Positions 50,001 through 60,150 of a stretch of 64,000 nt of DNA are shown here, piece after piece; positions within the stretch are counted from its first letter, which is position 1; every line of letters starts with the position of its first letter. Origin of the DNA: Antedon mediterranea (Eukaryota > Animalia > Echinodermata); NCBI RefSeq assembly GCF_964355755.1, contig NC_092670.1, positions 24,290,795 through 24,354,794 of the forward strand, read 5' to 3'. The notes under the pieces are model-generated. The model was not told the DNA's origin and made no database searches. It saw only the letters and a program-made list of their open reading frames with translations. Position numbers and translations under genes: made by a program.

Positions 50001-51621
50001 CAAAGTGTACTAACTGGTAAAGCTAGAGAAATTTATACTGATTTATCAATTGAGCAAAGTTCATCATATGATGTAGTTAAAGAACTCATCTTAAAGGGGT
50101 ATGAATTAGTCCCAGAGGCCTATAGGCAACAATTCCGAAATAAACAACGGCAAACTAACCAAACACACCTTGAATTAGCACAAACCAAAGAACGGTTATT
50201 TGATCGTTGGTGTGCATCTAAGCAAACAAATAAAGATTATGATAGGCTTAGACAACTAATTTTGATAGAAGAGTTTAAATCATGTATTACTCCTGATGTG
50301 AGGACTTATCTAGATGAGCAAAAAGCTGAGACCTTAAGTCAAGCTGCTCGACTGGCTGATGACTATGCCTTAACGCATAAACAAGCATTCATTCAAAAGC
50401 CCCAGTCACAGTCAGTCATGTCTTCTGGAAACAAAGTCCAGCCTAATGCTAGTTCTCAAAGTGATACTACTTCTACTCCGCCTAAACCAACCTACACTCC
50501 TAACATTACATTATTGGATGTACAGTATAGGCCTAGTTACAATTTTCACAAATTTATATTAGCATTAAAATCTAATTAATCATGAAGGAAAAACCAAGCA
50601 CCATAATCTCTCCTGGCCCTGGTGGTGACCTTATTTTCTATTTTTGGCAGCCATTCACAAGTTTTCGCTTTTTTAGTTTCGCTGCTCTTATGTATAATTT
50701 TTTTTAATCACAAACTCTACATAGAAAAGAAAATTAAATGTTTTAAAATGAATGAAAAGTGATATGAATAATGATAAATTAAAGACTATTAATTACTATT
50801 ATTAATATTATAGTATTATACTAAAAATAAGACGAGTTGGTGGTGTCGAAATTCACACAAGTCACAATAAAACCATGGAGGTATAAAATATTTTATTTTT
50901 ATACCTCCATGCTAAAACCTTATTCCTTACTCCATGCTCACAGATGAATGTTATAGGCCTAATCCTATTTAAAGCTAGGTTGGCAATAACTATTAATAAG
51001 GCTTACAAGTTGTATCTATTAGTATTAGCTAGGCCTGCTACTCACTCAGGGTGAACCCTCACTCAGGCCTACAACTAGGCCTAGTACTACTACTACTACT
51101 AGACTAGCTACTACTCTAGGCCTAGCCAATAGATAGGGGATAGTACACTAGATAGCCAGTACAGCTGTAATGGGCTAGCTAGGCTTCCTATACTAACTAA
51201 CAAAGCTGCACCATAGAAACTACAGTTCTTACTTACCAATCTGCTAGGGCCTAGCCATAGTCTTTTATTCAAGTAGGAGTTGTTTTTGTTGTTGTTAAAC
51301 TACAGAACTTTCCCACATCGTCGTCTCGCCATATCACGTCGTATTTTTTTTCTGATGACCTAGAGGTCACATACACGCACAAGAATCATACAATATGCAT
51401 AATTCATAAGCTAATTCAGGTCAAGGGTTAAATTAAACCGGAAGCCAGCTGGCTGCCAGCCAACCGACTTCCGGTTGACTATTTTTTACTTTAAATTACG
51501 ATTTTCTAAGGTAAATAATTTTTTTTTGGATCCAATTTTTTTTCAAAGTGAATAACTTTTATGTATCATTAAAATGGCCTTTAAAAAAAAAAAAAATTTT
51601 GTTCAGGGGGACAATACATCT
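47047..51621. mobile_element. Kolobok-type element (copy 2) with Gypsy LTR 48688-49367
   Basis: Same TIRs and TTAA TSD as 30287-34863. Confidence 0.85.
49497..50579 (+). CDS. gag: Gypsy Gag, truncated (copy 2)
   Basis: Protein identical to 32739-33821. Confidence 0.9.
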   Translation: MVFEPETFFADPTQEVFNSLKKDDLLKLATHLGLKDVESSMRKNDIKSRLLTYLVEEDIFDSSVMSSQVDSSIDAKLREIELQNMKEIEIRRMELEFEREERDFKLKLRELELASGISQPISNPKFDVTKHIRLVPPFQEKEVDKFFLHFEKIAENLKWPKEHWTLLLQSVLTGKAREIYTDLSIEQSSSYDVVKELILKGYELVPEAYRQQFRNKQRQTNQTHLELAQTKERLFDRWCASKQTNKDYDRLRQLILIEEFKSCITPDVRTYLDEQKAETLSQAARLADDYALTHKQAFIQKPQSQSVMSSGNKVQPNASSQSDTTSTPPKPTYTPNITLLDVQYRPSYNFHKFILALKSN

Positions 51622-52585
51622 TTAACTACTAGGTAGGGCCTAGGGCTAGGCCTAACTAGAGGCCTACTAGTACTAGGCTAGGCCTAGACTTAAGTTGTAG
51701 TAGGCTAGGGCCGGGCCTGCTGCCTTAGGCTAGGCTACTACTACTACTACTACTAGGCAGCCCATGATGGGTACAAGTAAGCCAAAATTTTGGATATATG
51801 TAAACCAAAATTTGGGTACGAGCGTGTTGGCATGGCATGCATGGGTACGGGTTAACCTGTATCCTTCTAGCTAATCGTACTATGCCTAGGCCTCAAGTAA
51901 GTCTACGCTACCCAGTCCGGCTACAATATGGTCTATTTTGTTTTATAGCTTTATTGATAGCTGGGTTCAAATCTGGGTTGGGACGGCTTTTTCTCATTCT
52001 AAAACAGATTTCCTTATAATAAAATAATATATGAATTTATTTGTAATATTGTAATGTATACATAATATAAGTAATTGCCATTGCCTTTATTACTATTAAT
52101 TATGTATTATACGGTTACCCCTTAATTATACTATAGTATAATTTCCTTGTTATATTTTACAATATTTTCTTCCTAATTCTACAATTTTGTCTTTCACAGC
52201 ACAAATTTATCATACTGAATCATCACACACCAAGTCTCATAAATCTCTACTGTATTTGTCCAAGCTACTCCAGCTACATGGTATTGCCTTGAGGCTAAAT
52301 TACACGGTATACTGGCACTACCATCATTCCTGGCTCGTCAACCTGTACCACATTAGCACAGTTTCAGTTTCAGTTTATTTACCATTTCAATTTCTGAACA
52401 TAAGAGATGAACAACTTATATGGATCGATAACCGTAAGAGCGAAGCTCGTTTACCGGTCACCCGTTAGTGCAGTGACATTACAGACAACATAAAGACAGG
52501 ACAAAGGTGCAATACTTAACAAGACATGTGAACAGTTGTGTTTGCAACCCCTTGGATAAAATAATATATTTATATAATGGAGAAA

Positions 52586-52610
52586 TATGGCAAGCCTCAG
52601 CTGTCTGAAG
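52586..52610. mobile_element. 25-bp terminal stub of the foldback element
   Basis: TATGGCAAGCCTCAGCTGTCTGAAG immediately followed by another TATGG terminus. Confidence 0.85.
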
Positions 52611-55512
52611 TATGGCAAGCCTCAGCTGTCTGAAGTATTCAAAATATTATATTATTATATCAATTTTTTATTATATTATATATTGTATTGTAATGAATTA
52701 TACGTTTTGCATTATATTACTTGGTTTTAGCATTATATTATATCTATTTCTAATATATTATGTGAAAAATGTAACAAATTATTGACTTTTTGTATTATAT
52801 TATTTGGTTTTAGCATTATATTATGAACATTTAATATTATATTATTAATAAAATACATTATATTATAATATAATTGTATTATATTAAACGCATTTACTTT
52901 ACTTTATAACATACAACATTATTATATTATACGGATTCGTTAGTTATATTATTATTTTGTATGATGTTTATTATACGTCACGGCTTATTTCAGTTCTTCT
53001 AACTCTTTCTCTCCCTCCCCCTGTTCACTAGCAATCAGCGGCCGGCAGAATCTGAATTGTGTGACTGTTGAAGAATAACTACGTACTAGGCCTAGGCCTA
53101 GCCTAGGCCTACTAGGGGATCTAGACAAGTGACCAAGGATCACCGGACAGCTACAACTAATACTACAATACAATAATACTACTACAATAACTACTACTGC
53201 TACTACCTAGGCCTAGCTAGTGAGTAGGGGATAGGTAGCTACTATGGCTATGTATGATGTTAACTACAAGGGCCTAGGCTAGGCCTAAGGCCCTAGAGGC
53301 CTACTAGTACTAGGCTAGGCCTAGACTTAAGTTGTAGTAGCCTAGGGCCGGGCCTGCTGCCTTAGGCTAGGCTACTACTACTACTACTACTACTACTAGG
53401 CAGCCCATGATGGGTACGAGTAAGCCAACATTTTGGATATATGTAAACCATAATTTGGGTACGAGCGTGTTGGCATGGCATGGGTACGGGTTGACCTGTA
53501 TCTTTCTAGCTAATCGTACTATGCCTAGGCCTCAAGTAAGTCTACGCTACCCAGTCCGGCTACAATATGGTCTATTTTGTTTTATAGCTTTACTGATAGC
53601 TGGGTTCAAATCTGGGTTGGGACGGCTTTTTCTCATTCTAAAACAGATTTCCTTATCATAATAAAATAATATATGAATTTATTTGTAATATTGTAATGTA
53701 TACATAATATAATTAGTAATTACCATTGCCTTTATTACTATTAATTATGTATTATACGGTTACCCCTTAATTATACTATAGTATAATTTCCTTGTTATAT
53801 TTTACAATATTTTCTTCCTAATTCTACAATTTTGTCTTTCACAGCACAAATTTATCATACTGAATCATCACACACCAAGTCTCATAAATCTCTACTGTAT
53901 TTGTCCAAGCTACTCCAGCTACATGGTATTGTCTTGAGGCTAAACTACACGGTATACTGGCACTACCATCATTCCTGGCTCGTCAACCTGTACCACATAA
54001 GCACAGTTTCAGTTTCAGTTTATTTACCATTTCAATTTCTGAACATAAGAGATGAACAACTTATATGGATGGATAACCGTAAGAGCAAAGCTCGTTTACC
54101 GGTCACCCGTTAGTGCAGTGACATTACAGAAAACATAAAGACAGGACAAAGGTGCAATACTTAACAAGACATGTGAACACTTGTGTTTGCAACCCCTTGG
54201 ATAAAATAATATATTTATATAAAGGAGAAAGTTAGATATTATATTTTTTTTTGATCATACAATGATAATTTTTAAATTACTTCTTAAGAAGTCATACTAC
54301 TGATTCAAAATAGTGACTTACACCCTGTGGTCAAGGCTTTATTTGCTTTTATGCGTATTTCTTCCAACATACAGAGTACATAGGACTTTTTTTATTCATA
54401 ACTGTTGAATTGTTTCCCAATACATAGTACCTATTGGTATTATATCTAAAAATACAAAGGCGGCTAACACAGATAGTTCCATATATACAGTACTCTTTTA
54501 TAGATAGATGTATCTCTCCAAACTACTCCCAACTACCTAATCTAATAATAGTACTATTAGCATACTACTATACACTTTGTAGACAAGAAATAAGTTGTAT
54601 ACACCTACAGGACTTATGGTAGTACAGTCGAACGCCCTCTCACTGGCCCGGTAAACATAATCTATACCTAGATTATTACAGTAATTAAAGTACATTATTA
54701 CAGAGTTTTGTTTTTTTTTTGCAGAAATCAAAGTTATGTGTATAGAAAGCAGTACTCGTATTAAAAACTAAGCAGGTTGCAGGTCTTGAATGCAAACTGG
54801 CAGGATATTTTGAATATTTTTTGTTGTTGAAATGATGGAATCCTAACTTCAATTTCCACGAACTGGAGACGAAGACATATTATGACCCTTTTATTTAAAT
54901 TTATTTGAATAGACCTCCATGTAAAGTCATTAAAGGCTAAATGATTGTTTTATATTTTAATATGTGATAGTAGGAAATCATTGTGTATAATGAGGACTAT
55001 GAATCTGATATTTTCTTGCATTCTTATCTTTTTAAAATATTATTTATAATGCCGGTAATGAGTTTAAAATTTAATTATATTGACTATTTTTGATAATCAT
55101 CATGTCCTTATAAATTCATTTATACTTTTTTTGTGTAATAATTATAGTTCATATATTATGTATTAAATAAATTGGTAAGGCCCTATACTGTTATTATTTA
55201 AGGAAAGTTTATATACACTATTATTTTATGCCTACCAATATTAGTATTAATTGTTTATGTAAATATTTTGTCTAATTGCCTTGATTTTTGTATAGGCCAA
55301 TGGCATCAATGTTTTTCTCAAAGCAAATTAGCCTAATAATGCCACATTTAGACACATGATTCATTGATTTCTGATATTCTGTACTTGTGTATGCATTACT
55401 AAAACAGTAGTTATTTTATTTCATATACGTTCGCTGTAAACTGAGATCCCGACGCGCACGCGCACCCTCATATCGGCGCCATCGTTTGGAGACGGCGTGC
55501 ACCCGAACGATC

Positions 55513-55932
55513 ATGGAACGAAAATCACTTGCAATACAAGAAGATGTGCTGGAGATTTCTGCTGGAAATGTAACATTTGCAGCTACAACTCCACTTGTAC
55601 AGCATACGGTGGCTAAGCCCACCAAAAAGGCCAGAAAGGCGGGGTCTAGCTGTACTATTACTAGGCCTCCTAAAGAAGGTAATACGCATAGCAACAGCGA
55701 TGCCGTTGCTATCGCCGGGCAATCATGCACTAACGTGCTGCAGCCTAATCAACAGGTCGGAGTAGGCCTGAACTATGAGGCTAGGGTTGAAAACCTTGAG
55801 CGGTTGGTTGAGCAGCAGGTTAAAGAGACGAAGGCTGCTCAACAAATAAATGAGTCAACGCACGACCTTTTATCTCAGTTGATGACACAAATGTCATCAC
55901 AATGTCACAACAATGAATATGATGACATTTGA
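55513..55932 (+). CDS. DIRS ORF1 / Gag N-terminal part
   Basis: First ATG after the left ITR; ends GAC ATT TGA. Confidence 0.6.
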   Translation: MERKSLAIQEDVLEISAGNVTFAATTPLVQHTVAKPTKKARKAGSSCTITRPPKEGNTHSNSDAVAIAGQSCTNVLQPNQQVGVGLNYEARVENLERLVEQQVKETKAAQQINESTHDLLSQLMTQMSSQCHNNEYDDI

Positions 55933-58774
55933 CAGTAGCTCGGTGGTTAGCCTCACGAGTAACATTTACGATAGGCATCATCAGTACGAACGTGATGTGT
56001 CTGATCTGGAGGAGGGGGAAGTAACAGGTACACAACTATCCAAGAAGGATGAAAATCCTGAGCGGCCAGCCACTAATAGTAATAGTAAGGTCAAAGGCCC
56101 CCTTCCTCCGGGTTTTGCAGCAAGATTTGCTGTTTCTAACGAATTGGCACCAGCAGTCAGCCAAGAGTTAGCTGACACGCTAACATACTTATTGCACTGG
56201 CATATGAGTGAGAGTGTAATGACCGAGCTGATCAAAAGCTATCCTATACCGGAAAATCTAGAGGCCCTAATAGTGCCAAAGGTCAATCCAACTATTTGGG
56301 ATTCCATTACACCAAGGGCACGGTCTAACGATCTAAAATTTCAAAAGGTACAAAAACCTTTGATAAAGGGAATTACCGCCCTTGCAAAATTAGTTGATGG
56401 AAATGAGTCATCGGAGATAGCACAGGACACAATCGGCCTACTTGCCAATGCGAACTTCGAGTTACTTGCACTTCGTAAGGAGATGTTGAAACCGGAAATA
56501 AATGCCAAATATACTCATTTATGTAAACCCAGCATTAAGCCTACAGAGTATTTATTTGGTGACCTGAGTACTACAGTTAAAAAACTGGATGAGGAAAGGA
56601 AGGCTACGGCAGGCTTATTTAATTTTAAGTCGTACCAACCAAAGACCAGGTCCAACAACTACAGATACCAGCCATACAATAGAAATGGCAAACCTTTTTT
56701 AGGTCAAACCCGGCGACACAAATGGTCAACAAACAACTACAACCAGACCAAATTTTATCAGGGGAAAAAAGACCTAAAACAACAGCCGAAGAGGTATGAG
56801 TCGATTGATAATATAAGTATTTCTCCTAACAATAAGGTTAACAAACATAACCTTGACATAGTAGGAGGTCGACTCAGGTCATATATACATAGGTGGAAAA
56901 AATATACTTCGGATCCATACATCCTAAATGCGGTTTCAGGATATAAAATAGAGTTTGATAAAGCTATACCCTACCACCTAAAAGGAAAAATACCTCATCC
57001 ATACAAACTCAGCAGCATGGATATGGAGGCTATTGATGATCAAATAGTTAAATTGATATCAAAAGGGGTGGTCAAACCAGCCATGTTTGAACATGACCAG
57101 TTTGTATCAAATATTTTTACAAGGCCAAAGAAAGATGGAGGGTTCAGAATGATATTAGACCTCTCTAAATTAAATGAATATGTGACATACAAACATTTCA
57201 AAATGGAAATGTTTGGAAATGCATTGACACTAATTTCACCAGGTGTATATATGACGTCAGTCGACCTCAAAGATGCATATTTTACTGTACCCATAGCAGA
57301 GTCGGACACTAAATATTTAAAATTTGTTTGGAAAGACAACCTGTATAAGTTTGTCGCATTGCCTAATGGGCTTAGCTCAGGGCCTAGACTTTTCACGAAA
57401 TTATTGAAGCCCCCAATTGCGTTTTTGCGCAGCAGAGGGCATATTCTGTTGGTTTACATTGATGACATTTTGTGTATAAACCAGTCAGAAGACTTGGCCG
57501 GCGGTACCGCCAGGGAAACTAGTGAACTTCTAGCCTCATTGGGTTTTATCATTAATAGAGAAAAATCAGTAATGAATCCTACGCAGATCATAACCTTCTT
57601 GGGATTTGAAATAAATTCTATAAGTATGACGGTTTCCCTTCCATATCACAAGAAGGAGGAAATTAGAGTTCAAAGTAAACACATACTTACATTAAGTCAT
57701 ACTACCATTAGGAAAGTTGCGCAATTTTTAGGCAAAATTATAGCAACACTACCTGCTGTAGAGTATGGAAAGCTTCATTATAGGGCACTAGAGAAGGAGA
57801 AAATACTAGCTCTAAAACTAAATAAAGGCCATTACGATAGGCCTATTAGTATTTCCGTCAATGGACGGGACGATATTCTTTGGTGGCAAAATAATGTCAA
57901 AGACGCATATAAATTGATATATCATGGGTACCCCGACCTAACAATTGAGACAGACGCTAGTGGTCTAGGCTGGGGTGCCACTGATGGACATACCCACACT
58001 GGGGGAAGGTGGATAAACAAAGACCTAGACATTGCATATGCTACAGGGGCACTAAATATTAATTACTTAGAATTGCTGGCTGCTTTTTTCGGCCTTAAAG
58101 CATTGTCCCGTGAGAGAAAAGCTAAGCACATAAGGTTGAAGGTTGATAATACCACTGCAGTAGCTTACATAAACAACATGGGCGGCGCAAAATCAATTGC
58201 GTGCAATAAAATTTCAAAAGCCATCTGGTCTTGGTGCATTGAGAACAATTTTTGGATAAGTGCAGAATACATCCCAGGTAGAGATAATATAATAGCTGAT
58301 GCAAAGTCTCGTCAGTTTAAAGATGAGACAGAATGGATGCTTAACAAAGAATTGTTTATAAAAAACACTAAAACATTCGGCGAACTAGATATAGACCTAT
58401 TCGCTTCTAGGCACAATGCACAGCTTCCGAAATATATATCATGGAAACCGGACCCAGATTCAATTGGTATCGACGCATTTCTACAAAATTGGTCCTCTGC
58501 CAAGCTCTATGCTTTTCCGCCGTTCTGCCTTATAGGTAGATGTTTGCAAAAAATATTGACCGATAATGCCATAGTTATCATGGTGGTCCCAAACTGGCCA
58601 ACACAGTATTGGTATCCTAAATTACTATCAATGATGGTTGGGGAACCACTGAGGTTTAAGAATACCAAACATGCCTTAACATTACATGGTTCAGATGATT
58701 GTCATCCTCTTTATAACAGACTTAACCTTTTTGCCTGCAGGCTATCAGGGCGGAACTCTACAACAAAGGAATAA
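55913..58774 (+). CDS. DIRS Gag-like + RT + RNase H + methyltransferase-like polyprotein
   Basis: Identical to 40242-43103. Confidence 0.93.
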   Translation: MNMMTFDSSSVVSLTSNIYDRHHQYERDVSDLEEGEVTGTQLSKKDENPERPATNSNSKVKGPLPPGFAARFAVSNELAPAVSQELADTLTYLLHWHMSESVMTELIKSYPIPENLEALIVPKVNPTIWDSITPRARSNDLKFQKVQKPLIKGITALAKLVDGNESSEIAQDTIGLLANANFELLALRKEMLKPEINAKYTHLCKPSIKPTEYLFGDLSTTVKKLDEERKATAGLFNFKSYQPKTRSNNYRYQPYNRNGKPFLGQTRRHKWSTNNYNQTKFYQGKKDLKQQPKRYESIDNISISPNNKVNKHNLDIVGGRLRSYIHRWKKYTSDPYILNAVSGYKIEFDKAIPYHLKGKIPHPYKLSSMDMEAIDDQIVKLISKGVVKPAMFEHDQFVSNIFTRPKKDGGFRMILDLSKLNEYVTYKHFKMEMFGNALTLISPGVYMTSVDLKDAYFTVPIAESDTKYLKFVWKDNLYKFVALPNGLSSGPRLFTKLLKPPIAFLRSRGHILLVYIDDILCINQSEDLAGGTARETSELLASLGFIINREKSVMNPTQIITFLGFEINSISMTVSLPYHKKEEIRVQSKHILTLSHTTIRKVAQFLGKIIATLPAVEYGKLHYRALEKEKILALKLNKGHYDRPISISVNGRDDILWWQNNVKDAYKLIYHGYPDLTIETDASGLGWGATDGHTHTGGRWINKDLDIAYATGALNINYLELLAAFFGLKALSRERKAKHIRLKVDNTTAVAYINNMGGAKSIACNKISKAIWSWCIENNFWISAEYIPGRDNIIADAKSRQFKDETEWMLNKELFIKNTKTFGELDIDLFASRHNAQLPKYISWKPDPDSIGIDAFLQNWSSAKLYAFPPFCLIGRCLQKILTDNAIVIMVVPNWPTQYWYPKLLSMMVGEPLRFKNTKHALTLHGSDDCHPLYNRLNLFACRLSGRNSTTKE

Positions 58775-59724
58775 GCAATACTGCAGCAGACGTCATTCTG
58801 CAATCCTGGAGACGGTCAACGTGGAAGCAATATAACTCACAGCTAACAAAATTTATAGACTTTTGTGAAATCAGAGGAATCACATGGCAACAGCTAAACA
58901 CCGGTCACGTCCTCGATTTCTTGATAAAGCTGAAGGACGAGGGCTTAGGCTACAGTACTATCAGTACGGCGAAAAGCGCAATTGTAAACTTTCTCGAAAT
59001 CTTAGATATAAAAATGAAGGAGTCTAATGAACTGAAACGATTTATGAAAGGGTTATTCAATTTTAACCCACCGACTCCAAAATATGCACAAATTTGGGAT
59101 GTTCGCTTAGTTACAGACTATCTGAGGCGAACAATTAACGACGATACATTATCGCTTAAAGAATTTACCATAAAAGTAGCATTGTTATTAGCATTATTGT
59201 CCTCAAGTAGGCTTCAAACCTTATATAATTTCAAATTTTCAAATATGAATATCGAGAATGAAGCAATCACCTTTTACATCTGTACATTACTAAAAACTAG
59301 CAGACCAAACAATACAGGTCAACTGGTGGTTTTCCACAAAAGTGAAGACCCTGCCCTATGTCCGGTCAGAACAATTCTAAAGTACAGGGAAAAAACTAGT
59401 AATTTAAGGGAAAATAAGGACAGACTTTTTATATGTCATAAGAAACCGTATGCCGAGGCATCAAAAGACACAATTGCTCGATGGATAAGGACAGGTTTAT
59501 CAGAAGCAGGAGTAGATACAACAAAATTTAAAGCCCATTCGGTCCGAGCGGCTGCATCTTCATCAGCAAAATTAAGGAATGTCCCGGTTGACTTAATAAT
59601 GAAAACAGCTGGGTGGAGAAACGAACATACACTAAACAGATATTATAATAAGCCTATAAAATTTGTAGAAAATCCGTCATTTCAACAGGCACTGTTGAGA
59701 AAAGTTGATTCATCAACTCATTAA
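58726..59724 (+). CDS. DIRS tyrosine recombinase
   Basis: Frame open from the TAA at 58723-58725; first in-frame ATG only at 59014; catalytic R, HxxR, W and Y intact. Confidence 0.9.
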   Translation, partial: PFCLQAIRAELYNKGISNTAADVILQSWRRSTWKQYNSQLTKFIDFCEIRGITWQQLNTGHVLDFLIKLKDEGLGYSTISTAKSAIVNFLEILDIKMKESNELKRFMKGLFNFNPPTPKYAQIWDVRLVTDYLRRTINDDTLSLKEFTIKVALLLALLSSSRLQTLYNFKFSNMNIENEAITFYICTLLKTSRPNNTGQLVVFHKSEDPALCPVRTILKYREKTSNLRENKDRLFICHKKPYAEASKDTIARWIRTGLSEAGVDTTKFKAHSVRAAASSSAKLRNVPVDLIMKTAGWRNEHTLNRYYNKPIKFVENPSFQQALLRKVDSSTH

Positions 59725-60038
59725 TATTGGTTGTGTTTGTTGTTGGCTACTACAAATAGCCCCTGTTTGCATATTGAACCAGTTTAATATTGTTGTTTAG
59801 TTTTCTAATTGATGTTTTTAGGGTGAGAATCCTAAAACGTTGGACTATTGTATATAAGCAAAATAAATGCTTTATTATTAATACAACACGATAGTTGTCA
59901 TATTTAAGTTGCCCGTTAGGGCAAACATCCTTATGAATGAATGTAGACTTTTGGAAATAAAGTTGTTTTATTGAAACTAACATTTCCGTCAATTATTTGG
60001 TTTACAGTTCAAACATGTTTCCAGAGTTGGCTTTAAAC

Positions 60039-60150
60039 ATCTCAGTTTACAGCGAACGTATATGAAATAAAATAGGAAGATTAAACGAGACTTACCTGTA
60101 AGTTGAAGTTTGATCACTATTTTATGAATATGTGAGTGAGGTGTAAACTG
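60039..60150. other. DIRS internal complementary region (template for the circle junction)
   Basis: Reverse complement reads right end ...AATCTTCC-TA-TTTTATTTCATATACG... left end. Confidence 0.92.

Larger units (their letters stand above)
46387..52585. mobile_element. Foldback element copy 2, direct repeat of 29627-35827, interrupted
   Basis: Offset 16758-16760; starts at the TATGG terminus and breaks after GGAGAAA. Confidence 0.9.
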
